Source: Eremomyces bilateralis CBS 781.70 (taxonomy: Eukaryota). Taken from it: a stretch of DNA of 64,000 nt. Positions 1-11,787 of this stretch are shown here, piece by piece. Both the position numbers and the translations under genes were made by a program. How positions within the stretch are numbered: the first letter of the stretch is position 1; the number at the start of each line of letters is the position of its first letter. The stretch is taken from NCBI GenBank assembly GCA_010015585.1, contig ML975149.1; one strand, 5' to 3'. Below the pieces are notes generated by a model. It was not told where the DNA came from and did not search any database. It worked only from the letters and a program-made list of their open reading frames with translations.

Positions 1-3000
1 TGAGGACTATCCTCTTCCGATACATATCCTGGATCAATCCGCGAAGAGATATCAACCAGGCCTAATTGATGTACGAACTGAACATGCTTATCTGTTGAGA
101 GAGGTTTTGTGAAGCCATCCGAAGGCATGCCCGTCGTAGGAACCCACTGTACTGCAACTTTGCCTTCTCGATGTATCTGCCTTAACCAAAGGTTATGGAT
201 ATCGACATGTTTCAGTTTTGATGTCAACTGTGGTCTCTCTTTCTGGATCAGGCCTACCGTTTGCTGATTGTCACAGAGTATGCGAGGAAGGTGTTCAGGA
301 TCAAACTGTACCTGCGCAAACAGCCTGTATAGACCTATCGTCTCCCTCGCTGTGTGTGATAGCGATAAGAGCTCCGCTTCAGTTGTCGATGTGGTTACAG
401 TCTTCTGTTTAGAAGACTGCCACATGATTGATCCGCTGAACAACTTCATAAGGTAACCTTGGGTAGATTTTCGAGTCTCTGGATCATCCGCGAACGATGC
501 GTCGCTTGACAGCTGTAGTACTTCATCATCGCCTGTCTCTACTTCTGTGGAGTGGTCCACAGAGCCCAAGAACTCGATGGCATAGTACTTTGTGGTCTGG
601 AGATATGAGAGAACTCGATTTGCGTACCGCAAGTGCTCTGGTGAAGGATTCGTAGCGAACTGACTTAACTGGCTGGCTGCAAAGGAGATATCGGGTCTTG
701 ATACCACTGCTGCGTACAGTATTGAACCTACCTTTTCCTGCATTTCTGCGATCTGCTGAATTGTAGCCTGTCCTTCGAAAGGTTGGGGACGATATGATGA
801 AATAAGAGGCGTAGTAGCTGCTCTCACTGATCCATCTATCCCGAATTTTGTGCATATTCTGTCGATGTACCCGTTCTGGCATATCCAAAGCTTTTTCGCT
901 TTGGCATCGCGAAGGATCCTGATGTTGAGGAAGGAGGTTACTTCACCCAAATCCTTGATCCCATACTTATTGTTGACTGCTGTTTTGAATTGGTTGATTT
1001 GATGGAGGCATTCTTGTCGTGCAATAACAAGAAGATCATCCACGTAGAGGAATAGAATAATTCCTGTTTCTTTATTGATGAGAATGCATGGTTCATCTGG
1101 GCAATGATTGAATCCTAGACCGTTGAGAAATGATAGAAGTTCATCGAACCATAGCTTTGGTGACTTGCGCAAGCCGTAAAGCGCTTTAAGCAGCTTCCAA
1201 ACCTTTCCTGGCTTACCATACCCTGGTGGGCAGGCAGTATATATCTCGTCGTCCATATCTGCGTTGGTGAAAGCGTTCTTGAAGTCAATGTGATGACACA
1301 GAAGCCCAAACGCACAGACTAGAGCCATAAGGATGCGAAAACTGCGATACGCTCCGGTAGCCGCATAGATGTCATCAGCCATATGATGTTGAAGGTCGCC
1401 TCTTACGCATATTCGTGCTTTGTAACGAATAAGGTATCCGGCATCATCGAATTTGTAGGTAAAGACCCATTTGAGTGGTAGGACTTGTTTGTGCTCTGGA
1501 TAGTCGACCAGTATAAAGGTCTTCTTGTCTTTGAGCGTGATTACCTCAGTATCTGCGGCACCTTTGAAGCCTTCTCGCTCCGGGTGTCGCTTTAGCTGAT
1601 ACCAGAAATCTGGTGGTGGCAATAAGTCCTTTCGGTGTATTCGAATTGTTCGTGCAGATGCGAAAGCGTAGGCAAGTTGTTGTCCTAGCTTCGCACGTTG
1701 AAGTCGAAGGGCATGGGCTTGTCGACGTGCCGTCTTTTGCCCCTGCCGTGCAGTAAGGTGTGACTGAACCGAGTTTGCTGTAGGCTGACTTGCCGTTTCT
1801 CTGGAAAAGTCTTGGTTTGTTGTGCTTGGTTGACGAGATTCAAGTGACACTGGAGTTGGATATCGCCGTGGTTTTTGTAGCTTGTTCGTATCACTCTGTG
1901 TCTCTCTTGAAGCTGCTTGTGTGGATAGAGCTTGCGGTGGAGAGAGGAACCCTGATGGTACTTCGTATTGGACTAGATTTGAGCTAGGAACTGTTGTGTC
2001 TTCGTCGATTGGAAACAGTTCCGTATCCGACTCATCTATATCAATCTCGTTGATAGTGATTGACAATGCTTGTCCGGTTTCAGGAGGGCTTTCAACGAGC
2101 TGCGGATCATACATGACCTTCTCGTCTACTTGTACATCCCGAAATATGACAACACGATCTAGATATGGGATCCAGACTTTGTAGATGTTGGTCGCGTCTA
2201 GCCCGACAAGCCATCCCATGATTGCTTTCTCTTTCAGCTTTGCTGTGGCTGGACGATCCCTTTTGTTTTTGATCAAGACATATGCACGAGACCCAATGAT
2301 TTTGAGATATGAGAGGTTGGGTTTGCGGCCATGGACCATCTCAAAAGGTGTTTGCCATCCTTTCCGCTGTACCGGAATACGGTTGAGGAGTCGAGTAGCG
2401 TACGCAACGAGATATGGCCAGAGTTTGTGAGGTAGTCTGCTCTGTATGCGAAGTTTGCGCGCGGTAGCCATAATCACCCCCCCAGAACGTTCTGCAAGAC
2501 CGTTCTGGTCTGGAGTATCTGGTGGAGATGGGTTGAACGTGATGCCCTTCATGGTGATGAGGTCCTTCCACGCATGGCCTAGGCCTTTTTCGCCATCTGA
2601 TTGAATGTATCTCGTGGTAAAGCCCCAGTTATCATTTGTGATCGAAAGGAACTCCTGCGTCACAGAAACTAGTTCTTCTTGCGTTTTGTTTGGGAGATTG
2701 AAAGAAATATGATACCCTGAGCAGTCACAGTAGAAGTGAACGACCCAAGCGTCAAGGTTGAATGCTTCCTCCATTTGAATCAGGTCCAAGTGGACTTTTT
2801 CGAATGGATAGCTTCCTCTCCATGTCGGAACTCGTGAAATTTGCTGTTGGGCCTGTCCGAGTTGGCATTCAGGACAGAGGTCTGAGGTCCGCTGAAAGTC
2901 GCGAGTGCCAAGTGCTACTCCTTCAACTGCCTGCGGAACATGCTCGAGAGCGTCTTTCCTAATATGTCCTAGTCTCGCATGCCAAGTGTCCATTGATGCC

Positions 3001-3050
3001 ACGGCAATCTGAGGTGTTCGTGACCTCCTTGCCATGGCAAAGGCTTGTGC
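1..3050 (-). CDS. copia Pol (integrase, reverse transcriptase, RNase H); frame apparently open to the window edge
   Basis: Motifs checked at 2792, 2357, 1469, 1181 and 71 all lie in one minus frame. The ORF track shows no terminated ORF in that frame, consistent with run-off. Confidence 0.85.
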
Positions 3051-3490
3051 TGCTTTGCTTCTCAAGAGAGTCCGTATTTATTAGATTCCAATGGAAACCA
3101 GGTACGTAGGCAACATTCTCAAGTTGGATAATGCTAGGACCTGACGGAGTATCGACATAGACTGTAACACTTCCTGTCCCCTCGATTTGGGTATCAGAAT
3201 TTCCAAATCGTATAGTTTCATAGTACAACGGTTTATACTGAGTGAACCGAGACAGGTCATTACAGACATGTGTATCCGCACAGTTGTCGAGTCGGAAGCA
3301 GTGATCATATTCGTCTTCTGTAGATGTGCCAAAAGCGAATCTTGATGTTGCAAACGATGCCCTCGACCTACTTGTTGCCGAGGTCGAGGTTGAGGAGTTG
3401 CTCTCTTGTATTGCGTTTTCAGGTTGGTTTTTGGGAGTATCAGCGGGCCAATAGTCTGGCAAGGCGATTTTATTTCTTTGGAAGTTCTTC

Positions 3491-4687
3491 TCAATGTTTG
3501 TTCGAAGACGCTTGCTTCCTTTGATTGCCGTGATGACTCTGGACTTGACTTTGAACGATTGGTGTCCATCCCAATGGAGCACTTGATGGATTGAGATACC
3601 GACAGTCTGCGTACTTATGGGCTAGGCCACAAACGCAATCGCGAAGGGTAATTTGGGAATTGGTTGTTGTTAGATTGGAGTCGACTCTTTGTCTCTTCCG
3701 CTTCGGCTGAGAATCTTCATCGTCTGATAAGCCTGAATCAAGATCTTGCTTTCTGCCTTGAAGGGTAGCGTGTGCAGCTCGCCCTCTTGTAGTTTTTTCG
3801 CGTGGCGGTGCCATGGTCCTAAACTGCTTGATACAGAAGCCTATCGTGATTCTCTTATCAGAAAGAGTTGGATTCAGCCTATGGAAGGACCGAAGAGTGT
3901 TGTTGATCCTGTTCTGCGCCCTCTGTACGATTGTGATATCGGCATCGTCTTCAGTCACATCCGAATCTGTGGCACTTAGGTTATCAATTGACACAGAGCC
4001 GTTGCTGGCATGGTTTGGATTGATCTCATTGAGAGCAGTGATGAATGCCCCAGAGATCGTCTCCATTGCTCTTGCCATCTCTTTAATAAGAGATGTGTCA
4101 CTTTCGACTTGTGCTTCTTTGGACTTCATGTAGTTATAGAATGGAGGGTTGAGGTCACGAGAGGCTTCAACGAAGGCTTCACATATCTGCGACTCGCTTA
4201 GGTTCTCGATCTTGTACCGCTTCGCGTTGTTGACGAGAGCAGGCCATCGACTAAGCCACTTGTCGAGACCGGTGTTGCCAACGCCTTTCTTAAGCTTCTC
4301 GAACTCGGCCCTAACATTCTGTTTCTGGTCTTTCGCGGTCGGCTGAATGCTCTCAGCTAACGCAATGAGTTTACCTCGGACATTATGGATTCCGAGGTAG
4401 TGTTGTTTGAATTCCGCGCAGACGGTGATGTCTATACGCTCAGAGACTTTATCGTACTTTTTCTTCCCGCTATCGTAGATGGCTTGAAGGACTTGATATC
4501 TCTGGACAGTGTCTTTACTTGCTGAGTCTGGCGGTTTCCTGGCGGTGAACTCCAAATTGTCGATGCCTTCGGGGTCACAATAGTTCCATACGTCGTTTCG
4601 TACAGCAAGGTCCTCGATAGAGTTGATCCAGTCAGTCCAGTCATCTCGGGAGTTGAGCATTGGAAGATTGTGATCCTTAAACGACAT
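3491..4687 (-). CDS. copia Gag (398 aa ORF; the protease continues in another frame, ORF 2959..3582)
   Basis: Copia-like N-terminus LNSRDDWTDWINSIEDLA, Cys/His knuckle near the C-terminus, directly downstream of the LTR and PBS. Confidence 0.88.
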   Translation of the reverse strand: MSFKDHNLPMLNSRDDWTDWINSIEDLAVRNDVWNYCDPEGIDNLEFTARKPPDSASKDTVQRYQVLQAIYDSGKKKYDKVSERIDITVCAEFKQHYLGIHNVRGKLIALAESIQPTAKDQKQNVRAEFEKLKKGVGNTGLDKWLSRWPALVNNAKRYKIENLSESQICEAFVEASRDLNPPFYNYMKSKEAQVESDTSLIKEMARAMETISGAFITALNEINPNHASNGSVSIDNLSATDSDVTEDDADITIVQRAQNRINNTLRSFHRLNPTLSDKRITIGFCIKQFRTMAPPREKTTRGRAAHATLQGRKQDLDSGLSDDEDSQPKRKRQRVDSNLTTTNSQITLRDCVCGLAHKYADCRYLNPSSAPLGWTPIVQSQVQSHHGNQRKQASSNKH

Positions 4688-4849
4688 TTTGAAGGATTGA
4701 TGTGTTGATTCTTTCTGTAGAGCCGGCCTAAGATTGTGCCGACTCTGTGAGGAGGATCGTCCTCGTGAGGAGAGTTGCTCCTCGTGAGAAGAGTGTTATT
4801 GCGATAGATTTATCGGCGGATAATGCTGTGTAGCAGAGGAAGAGTCTTT

Positions 4850-4860
4850 GGGCTCATAAC
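4850..4860 (-). promoter_or_regulatory. Primer-binding site complementary to the anticodon arm of initiator tRNA-Met (half-tRNA priming)
   Basis: Minus strand GTTATGAGCCC abuts the LTR end. Plus strand GGGCTCATAAC matches the fungal tRNA-iMet anticodon stem-loop. Confidence 0.85.
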
Positions 4861-5230
4861 TGTCGCACGTGATGTGCTAAAATGGTTGGGAGTGAGGTGC
4901 TGTTTTTCCAGCAGCGAAGTTGTTGTATTGTGTGAGATCTAGGTATCTGAAAGTTGCGTTCAAGTTGCGTGTTCTTATGTCAATGCCTGGTCCCCTGGCC
5001 CTCCAGATATATGAGATTCGTGGCAAGTTTATTAATGCAGTTTGTAGCCTCGAGCTCCCTTAGATGAAACCTTGGTCTGCGACAGATAACTACCTGTTCA
5101 GAGGCAGTGAGATGCTTGTATTCGGTCAGAAGTACATAGTTTACCTTGACGGGTATATATACCCAGGCTTATGTAATCTTATGTAATCTACAAGGTGCGG
5201 TGACTAAGTAATAACCGCGGATTTCCGACA
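4861..5230 (-). repeat. 5' LTR of the copia element (370 bp)
   Basis: Terminal inverted TGTCG...CGACA, TATA-like runs and adjacent PBS. The partner LTR is not in the window. Confidence 0.82.
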
Positions 5231-5485
5231 CAAACCAAGCACCAAACTTCATCAAGCACTAATGATGATTGATGACTTTATGAAACAATCCAACACCGTG
5301 GAATTCAAACCAAACGTGAAATCAAACATAATTAGCGTATTAAAATGCATTCATTAATACATCCCACGATTGCTTCTCGGTTCTAATCGAAATCTCCTCG
5401 TCCCCATCAAACCACCATCCACTCAAGCCCCTAATACATCCTCCCCTGATCCATCTCCATTCTCCATCCCTTACCATTCCTAACC

Positions 5486-5821
5486 ATGATCTCCCGTATC
5501 CAAGAAGCCTTCTCCCCCAAACCCCCCTCCTCCACCCCCCAGCCCCCTCAAGAAGACTGCCTCCCCTGCCGCGCCATCGGTACGTCCCCATCCTGCTTAC
5601 ATAACCCGCACAGCAGCAACTGATTCTCCTTCCAAACAGGCGCCTCCGCTTTCATCGGCCTCGGCACCTACGGCTACATCTCCGGCACGCGGCAGCTGCG
5701 CGACCTGGCGCCGGAGATCCGGCGGACGCGGCCGTTCTGGGGGATGCGGTCGCGGCGGGTGGGGGTGGTGGTGACGTCGGGGATGTTGGTGGGGGTAGGA
5801 GTGTATCGGTTGGTGATGTGA
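5486..5821 (+). CDS. Small 2-exon membrane protein, DUF4536/DMAC1-like (about 91 aa; intron 5580..5639)
   Basis: Spliced translation MISRIQEAFSPK...EDCLPCRAIG/ASAFIGLGTYGYISG...GMLVGVGVYRLVM*. DCxxCR followed by two hydrophobic segments; GTACGT...CAG intron. Not in the ORF track. Confidence 0.8.
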
Positions 5822-6422
5822 GGGGTGGGTTGGAGTTGGAGGGGAGGGGGATTGGGATGGGAGGGAGTTGGGTTACTTGTAATGATGTAGATAGGGGAGG
5901 GGAGGACAGCAGGGGCCGGTAGGGGCCGGTAGGGGACGGGTCGATTGTCAACGGTGGGAGGGTGATGAGTGAGATATACACCTAGGGAGGAGGACCCCGG
6001 GGTGAATGATGTGTATATAAGTACGGTAGAGTTGGACGCTATCTTGGGACTATGCAATGGTATCACCCCCCTCCATAACCCGACGATATGCTGGTTTCGT
6101 GACTGATGATGCGTTGTAGAGAAAAACCGAAAACAAAGGATGGACCGAAGTATCCCGATGACTGATGCCCGATGCCCTTGTCCGATGCCTGTTCCATGCT
6201 ATGCGATGCTATGCAAATGCTCTCGTGTGACAATTCCAAAAAAAACCCGTCCGTGACGACGTCCGTTTCACCAGAAGATTGATGTAAATGGACTGATTCC
6301 CCCTTTCCTTCCGTCTCATCCGAACCTTTTAAGGGTTTCATCTTCGAACATCGCGAGGTTGCATTCGCTTATCCTATACTGCTCTCGACCGGTTTTGATA
6401 GACCAGACAGACCTAGCTGCGC

Positions 6423-7199
6423 TTAGATGCCTGTCCCTGGAAATGACGGAAATGCTGGATTCGTCTTCCCAAACTCGTCGAAGAAGGGATTTGGTAGTGA
6501 GGGCAAGTTGCTGGCGGCGACTTTCTCCCGCGGATACGCCCGCGAGGAGTGGTCGCGCCGACTGCTTTTCACCTGGTAGTGGAGCGAGGGGTCGTCGTCG
6601 GCTTTCCGGCGTGTGCCTGCGCCGGGCCCGAGGGAGCGTGTTTGCGGACGTGAGGGTGCTTGCTGCTCAACTGGTATTGTTGGTTGGTGCATGTGGTGCG
6701 GTGATGATTGCGGTTCGGAGAGGGTGGATTGCTGGTGGGGGGTTTGTCGTCGTGGTTCTGGTTCCGATGTTTGTATCCCCTCCGATCTTTGCATCGGTTC
6801 ATTCTCCGGGATGTGTGTATCCTGCTGCATCGACGGCGGCGACGAGCTCCGGTGCGCACTCTCTTCCTTCCCACTCCCACTCCCACTCTCCTTCCCCCCC
6901 TCACCTCCCAACGATGACGACTGAAAACGCTGCGTCGCCCATTCTCGCACCATCCACCCCTCCCCATCTGTCAACCCAAGATCCGCCTTATCCAAGAAAT
7001 TCACCAGATCCTGCACCGCATCCCGGTAGCCCTCGGCGTACGCCTCGTCGGCCTCAGCGGCGACCGCCCGGTACAGGTTGGTGACAGAGAGGGCGGCGGT
7101 TTTGAACGACTGGCGCACGTTGGCGGCGCGGTCGAGTTTGGTGGATTTGCGGGGCGTGGTGGAGGCGAGGGCTCGACCCAGGCCGCGCATGGAGTCCAT
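6423..7199 (-). CDS. Conserved fungal hypothetical protein with a HAPSTR1/YJR056C-like N-terminal motif; 3' end uncertain
   Basis: 258 aa ORF with FKTAALSVTNLY...GYRDAVQDL...WAT followed by a low-complexity tail. Confidence 0.65.
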   Translation of the reverse strand: MDSMRGLGRALASTTPRKSTKLDRAANVRQSFKTAALSVTNLYRAVAAEADEAYAEGYRDAVQDLVNFLDKADLGLTDGEGWMVREWATQRFQSSSLGGEGGKESGSGSGKEESAHRSSSPPSMQQDTHIPENEPMQRSEGIQTSEPEPRRQTPHQQSTLSEPQSSPHHMHQPTIPVEQQAPSRPQTRSLGPGAGTRRKADDDPSLHYQVKSSRRDHSSRAYPREKVAASNLPSLPNPFFDEFGKTNPAFPSFPGTGI

Positions 7200-8155
7200 G
7201 GTATTTCGGAATTCGGATCGTGGGGGGTGGTATCACTGATAGCGTTGCGAGGTCGGTCGGGGAAAAGCGCCACCAGTGACTCGGATGATTTCTGATAGCA
7301 GGCCGCAAATGACGGATTTCTCGTCGGGCGTGGGATGGATCCTAAATATTCGAACTATGCGGGGATGAGGGACGATAGACAAAGAAAACAGATCATGAGA
7401 AGAAAATCAGAAGAGGGGTGTCGAGAGAATGGGGGATTGTGAGAGCTCCGTAACACATTGTTTTGTTCAGATCCACTCCACTTCGGTTCCAGAATGATGT
7501 GTTCAGCCATGCATCGCCATTTGCGTAAATGCCTCAGTGCCTGAGACATCAATATATGATTATGTAATGAACTAAATTTGCCTGAGGCGTTGCGGCTACA
7601 GGTGGTGGTGCATCATGTGACTTTCATGTGATCTTGGCATTTTAATTCATGTTGGCGCACCAGCAGAGACCAGCAGAATGATTTAATGCCTTAATGGCGC
7701 ACGAACCCTGGAGGGGCCGTTGCAAGCCCCGGACACCTGCAGCCAATCAGCGGCCACAATACTGACCAGCATGAGGCAGCAAGGCAGTGAGGCATGTAGT
7801 TGAGAACGCGCCATCTCTTAGCAGGACGCCACCAATGCGACAAGCAGCCATCAGGACGGGAATCAGGATTGCCATCGTTCCCAACAGCAACACCTATCAC
7901 CCATCGTTGCGCCATTTTTGGAGGTTTCCTTTGATAAGACGGCTTCCGTTAGGCTTTTTCGAGCCTGTCCGCTATAATAACAAGAACCCCTCTTATCTTG
8001 TCCCAGCCAGTTCTTGGAATTCGACATTCGTTGCTGCCTCGTCGATTACGTAGGTGGTGCCAGGAGCTTCACCTGCTGCTCGATCCGGATCGTTATCACG
8101 ACTGGATTTACGATTGAACGTTCCAAGATCTAGAAGGGCACGAGATACATACATA

Positions 8156-8900
8156 ATGACGAGAAGGGTGGTATATGGCATTGGATTATGGGTGGTCCTA
8201 GCAGGTACGCAATATACATATCTATCAACACCTCCCAACTAACCACTCAACAGCCACCGCGATGACCATCGCGAGCATTATCCTCCCTGAATGGATAACA
8301 TATGAATCTGGCAGCGTAAGTCTCCTCCCCCCCCCTCCACATCTCCACATTACTCACCTTCCCAGAACACCGACGACCTCATCCACTACAGCTACGGCCT
8401 CCAATCCCGCTGCTCCTCCATCTCCGGCACCTGCTCCCCCTTCCCCCAATACGAAGACTGCCAGGGCGCCGGCCGCTCGTTCTGCAGCATGTGGCGCAGC
8501 GTCGGCTTCCTCATGTCATTCGCCGTGATCCTCGAGTTCGCGTGCGTCGTCGCCTACGCGGTGATCATCCTCGGGGGGAAGGGCATGCGGGATTACGGGT
8601 GGAAGATCGTGACAGGGTTGTTGGGGCTGGGGGCAATGGTGCAGTGTGCGGGGATGGCGATTGTGGTGAGTTATAACTTATTTCAGAACAAGATGAGGAA
8701 GGGGACGGGCTAATGCGTCGCAGGCGTTCTTGTATGACCATGATGCGCGGTTTTTCCTGGGTTGGCGGCTGGATACGTCGTGGATCCTTTGCACGGTTAG
8801 CTGGTCGGTGTTACTCATGTCTGCCGTCGGTGTGGCGGCGGCGGGCTGGTGTCTCCCGGAAGAAGGGGGCTACGAGCTCATTCCGTCCGACGATTCGTGA
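8156..8900 (+). CDS. 4-exon tetraspan (claudin/SUR7-PalI-like) membrane protein
   Basis: Spliced MTRRVVYGIGLW...WITY...YSYGLQSRC...C...FCSMWRSVGFLM...GWRLDTSWILC...GGYELIPSDDS*; three GT-AG introns. Confidence 0.75.
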
Positions 8901-9087
8901 GTCTGCGACTCGCTTTTCATACTTTTGGTGTGTTACATCTGGACAGTTGTCGATGTGGCGTTCGAGCGGTTCTGGGACTTTTATCGCGCTTAATACCCGG
9001 TGGCAACAATACCCACGTGGAGAGGAGGATGTATGATATATCCCCAAATCTCGGATTTTACCCTTAATCGAAATCACATACCTACTC

Positions 9088-11075
9088 TCACTGCGGCACC
9101 GCCGCCCCATCCCCCCTCGGATCACTCCCCGCACTATACACCACCTGCTCCCCCTCCCAATGCGCCCTAATCACCTGCCCCCTCCCAAACAACCCCCTCC
9201 CGTACCCCCCCACCACCTCCACCGCATGCCCCAACCCCATCAAACCCTCCACCGTCCTCTTCCCCATCCCCTCCTCCACAAACACCGTTGCATCCATCAC
9301 GTCCCCCTGGTCCGGCAACCCCGCCCCAATGCACACCCGCGGTGCATCCAGCGCCGCCTGCGGACTCATCCCAAACACTAACATGTTCATCAACACCTGC
9401 ACGTGCCCCTGGGGCTGCATGTAGCCACCCATCACCCCATACACCGTATGCAGATCCCCCGTCGCCCCATCCGTCACCATCGCCGGAATGATCGTATGAT
9501 ACGGCCTCTTCCTCGGCGCCAGCGCATTCGCGTGCCCGTCCCGTAACACGAAATTCGCCCCCCGCGACTGCAGCGCGAACCCGGTGCCCGGCGGCACAAT
9601 CCCCGAGCCGAAGCCGGAGTAGACGCTGTTGATGAAGGAGGCAGCGTTGCCGTGGCGGTCGGTGACGGCGAGGTAGACGGTGTCGGAGCGGGAAAGGGCA
9701 GGGAAGCCGGGGGGGTGAGTGGCAGTGGTGGTGGGGGAGAAGAGGGCGGCGCGGGAGGAGAGGTAGGGGGGAGAGAGGAGGGGGGGGAGTGGGGAGTGGG
9801 AGGGGTCGGCGAGGTGATGGTGGGCGTCGGAGAAGGCGAGGCGGAGGGATTCGATGAGGGCGTGGAGGTATCTGATGATGGTTAGTTGAGTGGGGGGAGG
9901 CAGGGGGGAGATTGGGGAAGGGCTTACTCGGGGGAGTTGTGGTCTCCTGGGCTGAGCTTTTTGAGCTGACCGGTTTTGATTAGGTCTTGGAGGATGCCGA
10001 GCGTTATTAAGGGCACAATGCCTTGTCCGTTAGGCGGATGCTCCCATAGATCAACAGGACCTTGTTCGTTTCCTGCTGATTTCGACCGGTTAATCATCTC
10101 GGGGATGTCGACTTTGACCTTGATCGGCTCCGTATCCTCCGTTCCCGTCTCGCAGTGATGCTTGAGATCATCGTGCGTCAGCAACCCTCCCAGATCCGTG
10201 ACCACCTTGATGATCGCATCCGCGACTTCGCCCTCATAGAACCCCTTCTTCCCATGCTCCGCCAGCAGCCGAAATGTCTTCGCAAGCGCCGGCGTCTTCA
10301 TGATCTCCCCCGCCCTCGGTGCCCGACACCTCCCCGGCGCCTCCGCATCGCTCTTCAACACCTCCGCCCCATTCGGCGACGCCCCCTTAATCAACTCCTC
10401 ACATTTCCTCCACTACATCTATTATCAGCATTCCATCCGTCCAAAACCAAAGCAAGGAGGGATCATCATACAAACCCCGCCGCTAACTCCCCCACCGGAA
10501 ACCCTCCCTCCGCCAACTCCACCGCTGGCCCCAAAACCTCCCCCATACCCACCTTCCCACTCCCAAACCGCTCCACGCAATCCACCCACCCCGCCGCCGC
10601 CCCCGGCACTGTCACCGCATGCACACTGCTGCTCGGGATCCCTCCGCTTTCGCCTTCCGCGATCCCTAGCTCTTTGCGCATCCGCTCCAAAGTGGCGTGC
10701 GCGCCCGAGCGCCCTGAGCCGTTGAGCGCGCGCACGGTTTTGCTGGCGGCGTCGTAGAAAAGGCAGAACATGTCACCGCCGATACCGGTGGAGCTGGGTT
10801 CGGTGACGTTGAGGGCTGCGGCGACGGCGACGGCGGCGTCCTAGACGATAATTTCAGTGACATTCGTTTTTATTTATGATTAATAGAACGGGGATATGGA
10901 GGAGACATACGGCGGCATTTCCACCCGCTTCGAGGATCTTGATCCCGGCTTGACTGGCGAGCGGTTGGGTGGATGAGACGATACCTTTAGTGCTGTGGAC
11001 GACGCTGCGGCGACTGGGGAAGGGGATGAATTGGGGGTCCACGGCGGGATAGATTGATTGAGCGTTGAGAGGCAT
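9088..11075 (-). CDS. Gamma-glutamyltranspeptidase family protein (YwrD-like), multi-exon
   Basis: [39 protein letters not shown], nucleophile segment [10 protein letters not shown] at about 9660-9690, [18 protein letters not shown] and SDPRGDG. Confidence 0.93.
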
Positions 11076-11787
11076 GTTGGTGTATGTCTTCGCAAATATT
11101 TCTGTGAATTCTAGGCCGCATATAACCCTTATCAGGAGAACTTCAGGGACGAGGTGGATTATTATTCATGATACGGATGCCCGAATGCGGAGGGGCAGGT
11201 GGAGATGCTGTCATTGGCGTTGGAGATGTCAGGGGTTTGCCTTTACCATAGCTCTCCATCCCTGGCGTTGGGGTATCAGATTGTGGCGGAGGATCCATCC
11301 GTTTTCGGATGGTGGGCATGCCAAAAGTGCGCCACCAGTCCAGGGATAGACTGAAACAATTCGACCGAATTATTTTGAAGAATAAGATGCCGTCTAATGA
11401 GTATTCACGATACCAAGTCGTACCAGTTTGTGTAATTTTACCACGCTAGTGAGAATTGGGCTAGCGTTAGGGACAAATCTCAAAATGTTGGGGACAAACC
11501 TCACCAGCCAAGTCATAATAATCTGTCATGATACGAACTCGATTGTTTTCTTACTCCCTCATATCATACAGGTATCACTAGTAATACTAGAACGGCAGAG
11601 AGATGCATGTGGCATAGCTAGTCCAGAAATAGTCTATTAAGTGAGTTTGACCGGGAAGACTGCGAGATCCATTTGCCCCCAGTGATGGAGTTTCCTCCAT
11701 TTTACTGAAGCCTCACCAGAGCGTCTAGGCAGCCCCGATAGTACGAAACGTTACGTTATTCATCGAAACCCAAACAAAATTCACTAA

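Larger units (their letters stand above)
1..5230 (-). mobile_element. Ty1/copia LTR retrotransposon; 5' LTR, gag and pol in window, 3' end beyond left edge; two frame breaks
   Basis: Minus-strand domain order: Gag with knuckle CVCGLAHKYADC; protease FRLDNCADTHVC; WHARLGH...CPEC; integrase VHLDLIQ and GWQTPFE; RT LPLKWVFTYK, YKARICVRGD, LYGLRKSPKLW and YVDD; RNase H SDASFADD, KHVDIHNLW and DGFTKPL. Integrase before RT is the copia order. Confidence 0.96.

Noticed and set aside
5262..5290. C/D box snoRNA (ATGATGA)
   Set aside because: No suitably placed D box or terminal stem was seen.
6359..7084. Long antisense ORFs over real genes (also 29979..30809, 27116..27751, 22902..23528)
   Set aside because: Shadow frames produced by GC-rich, skewed codon usage.
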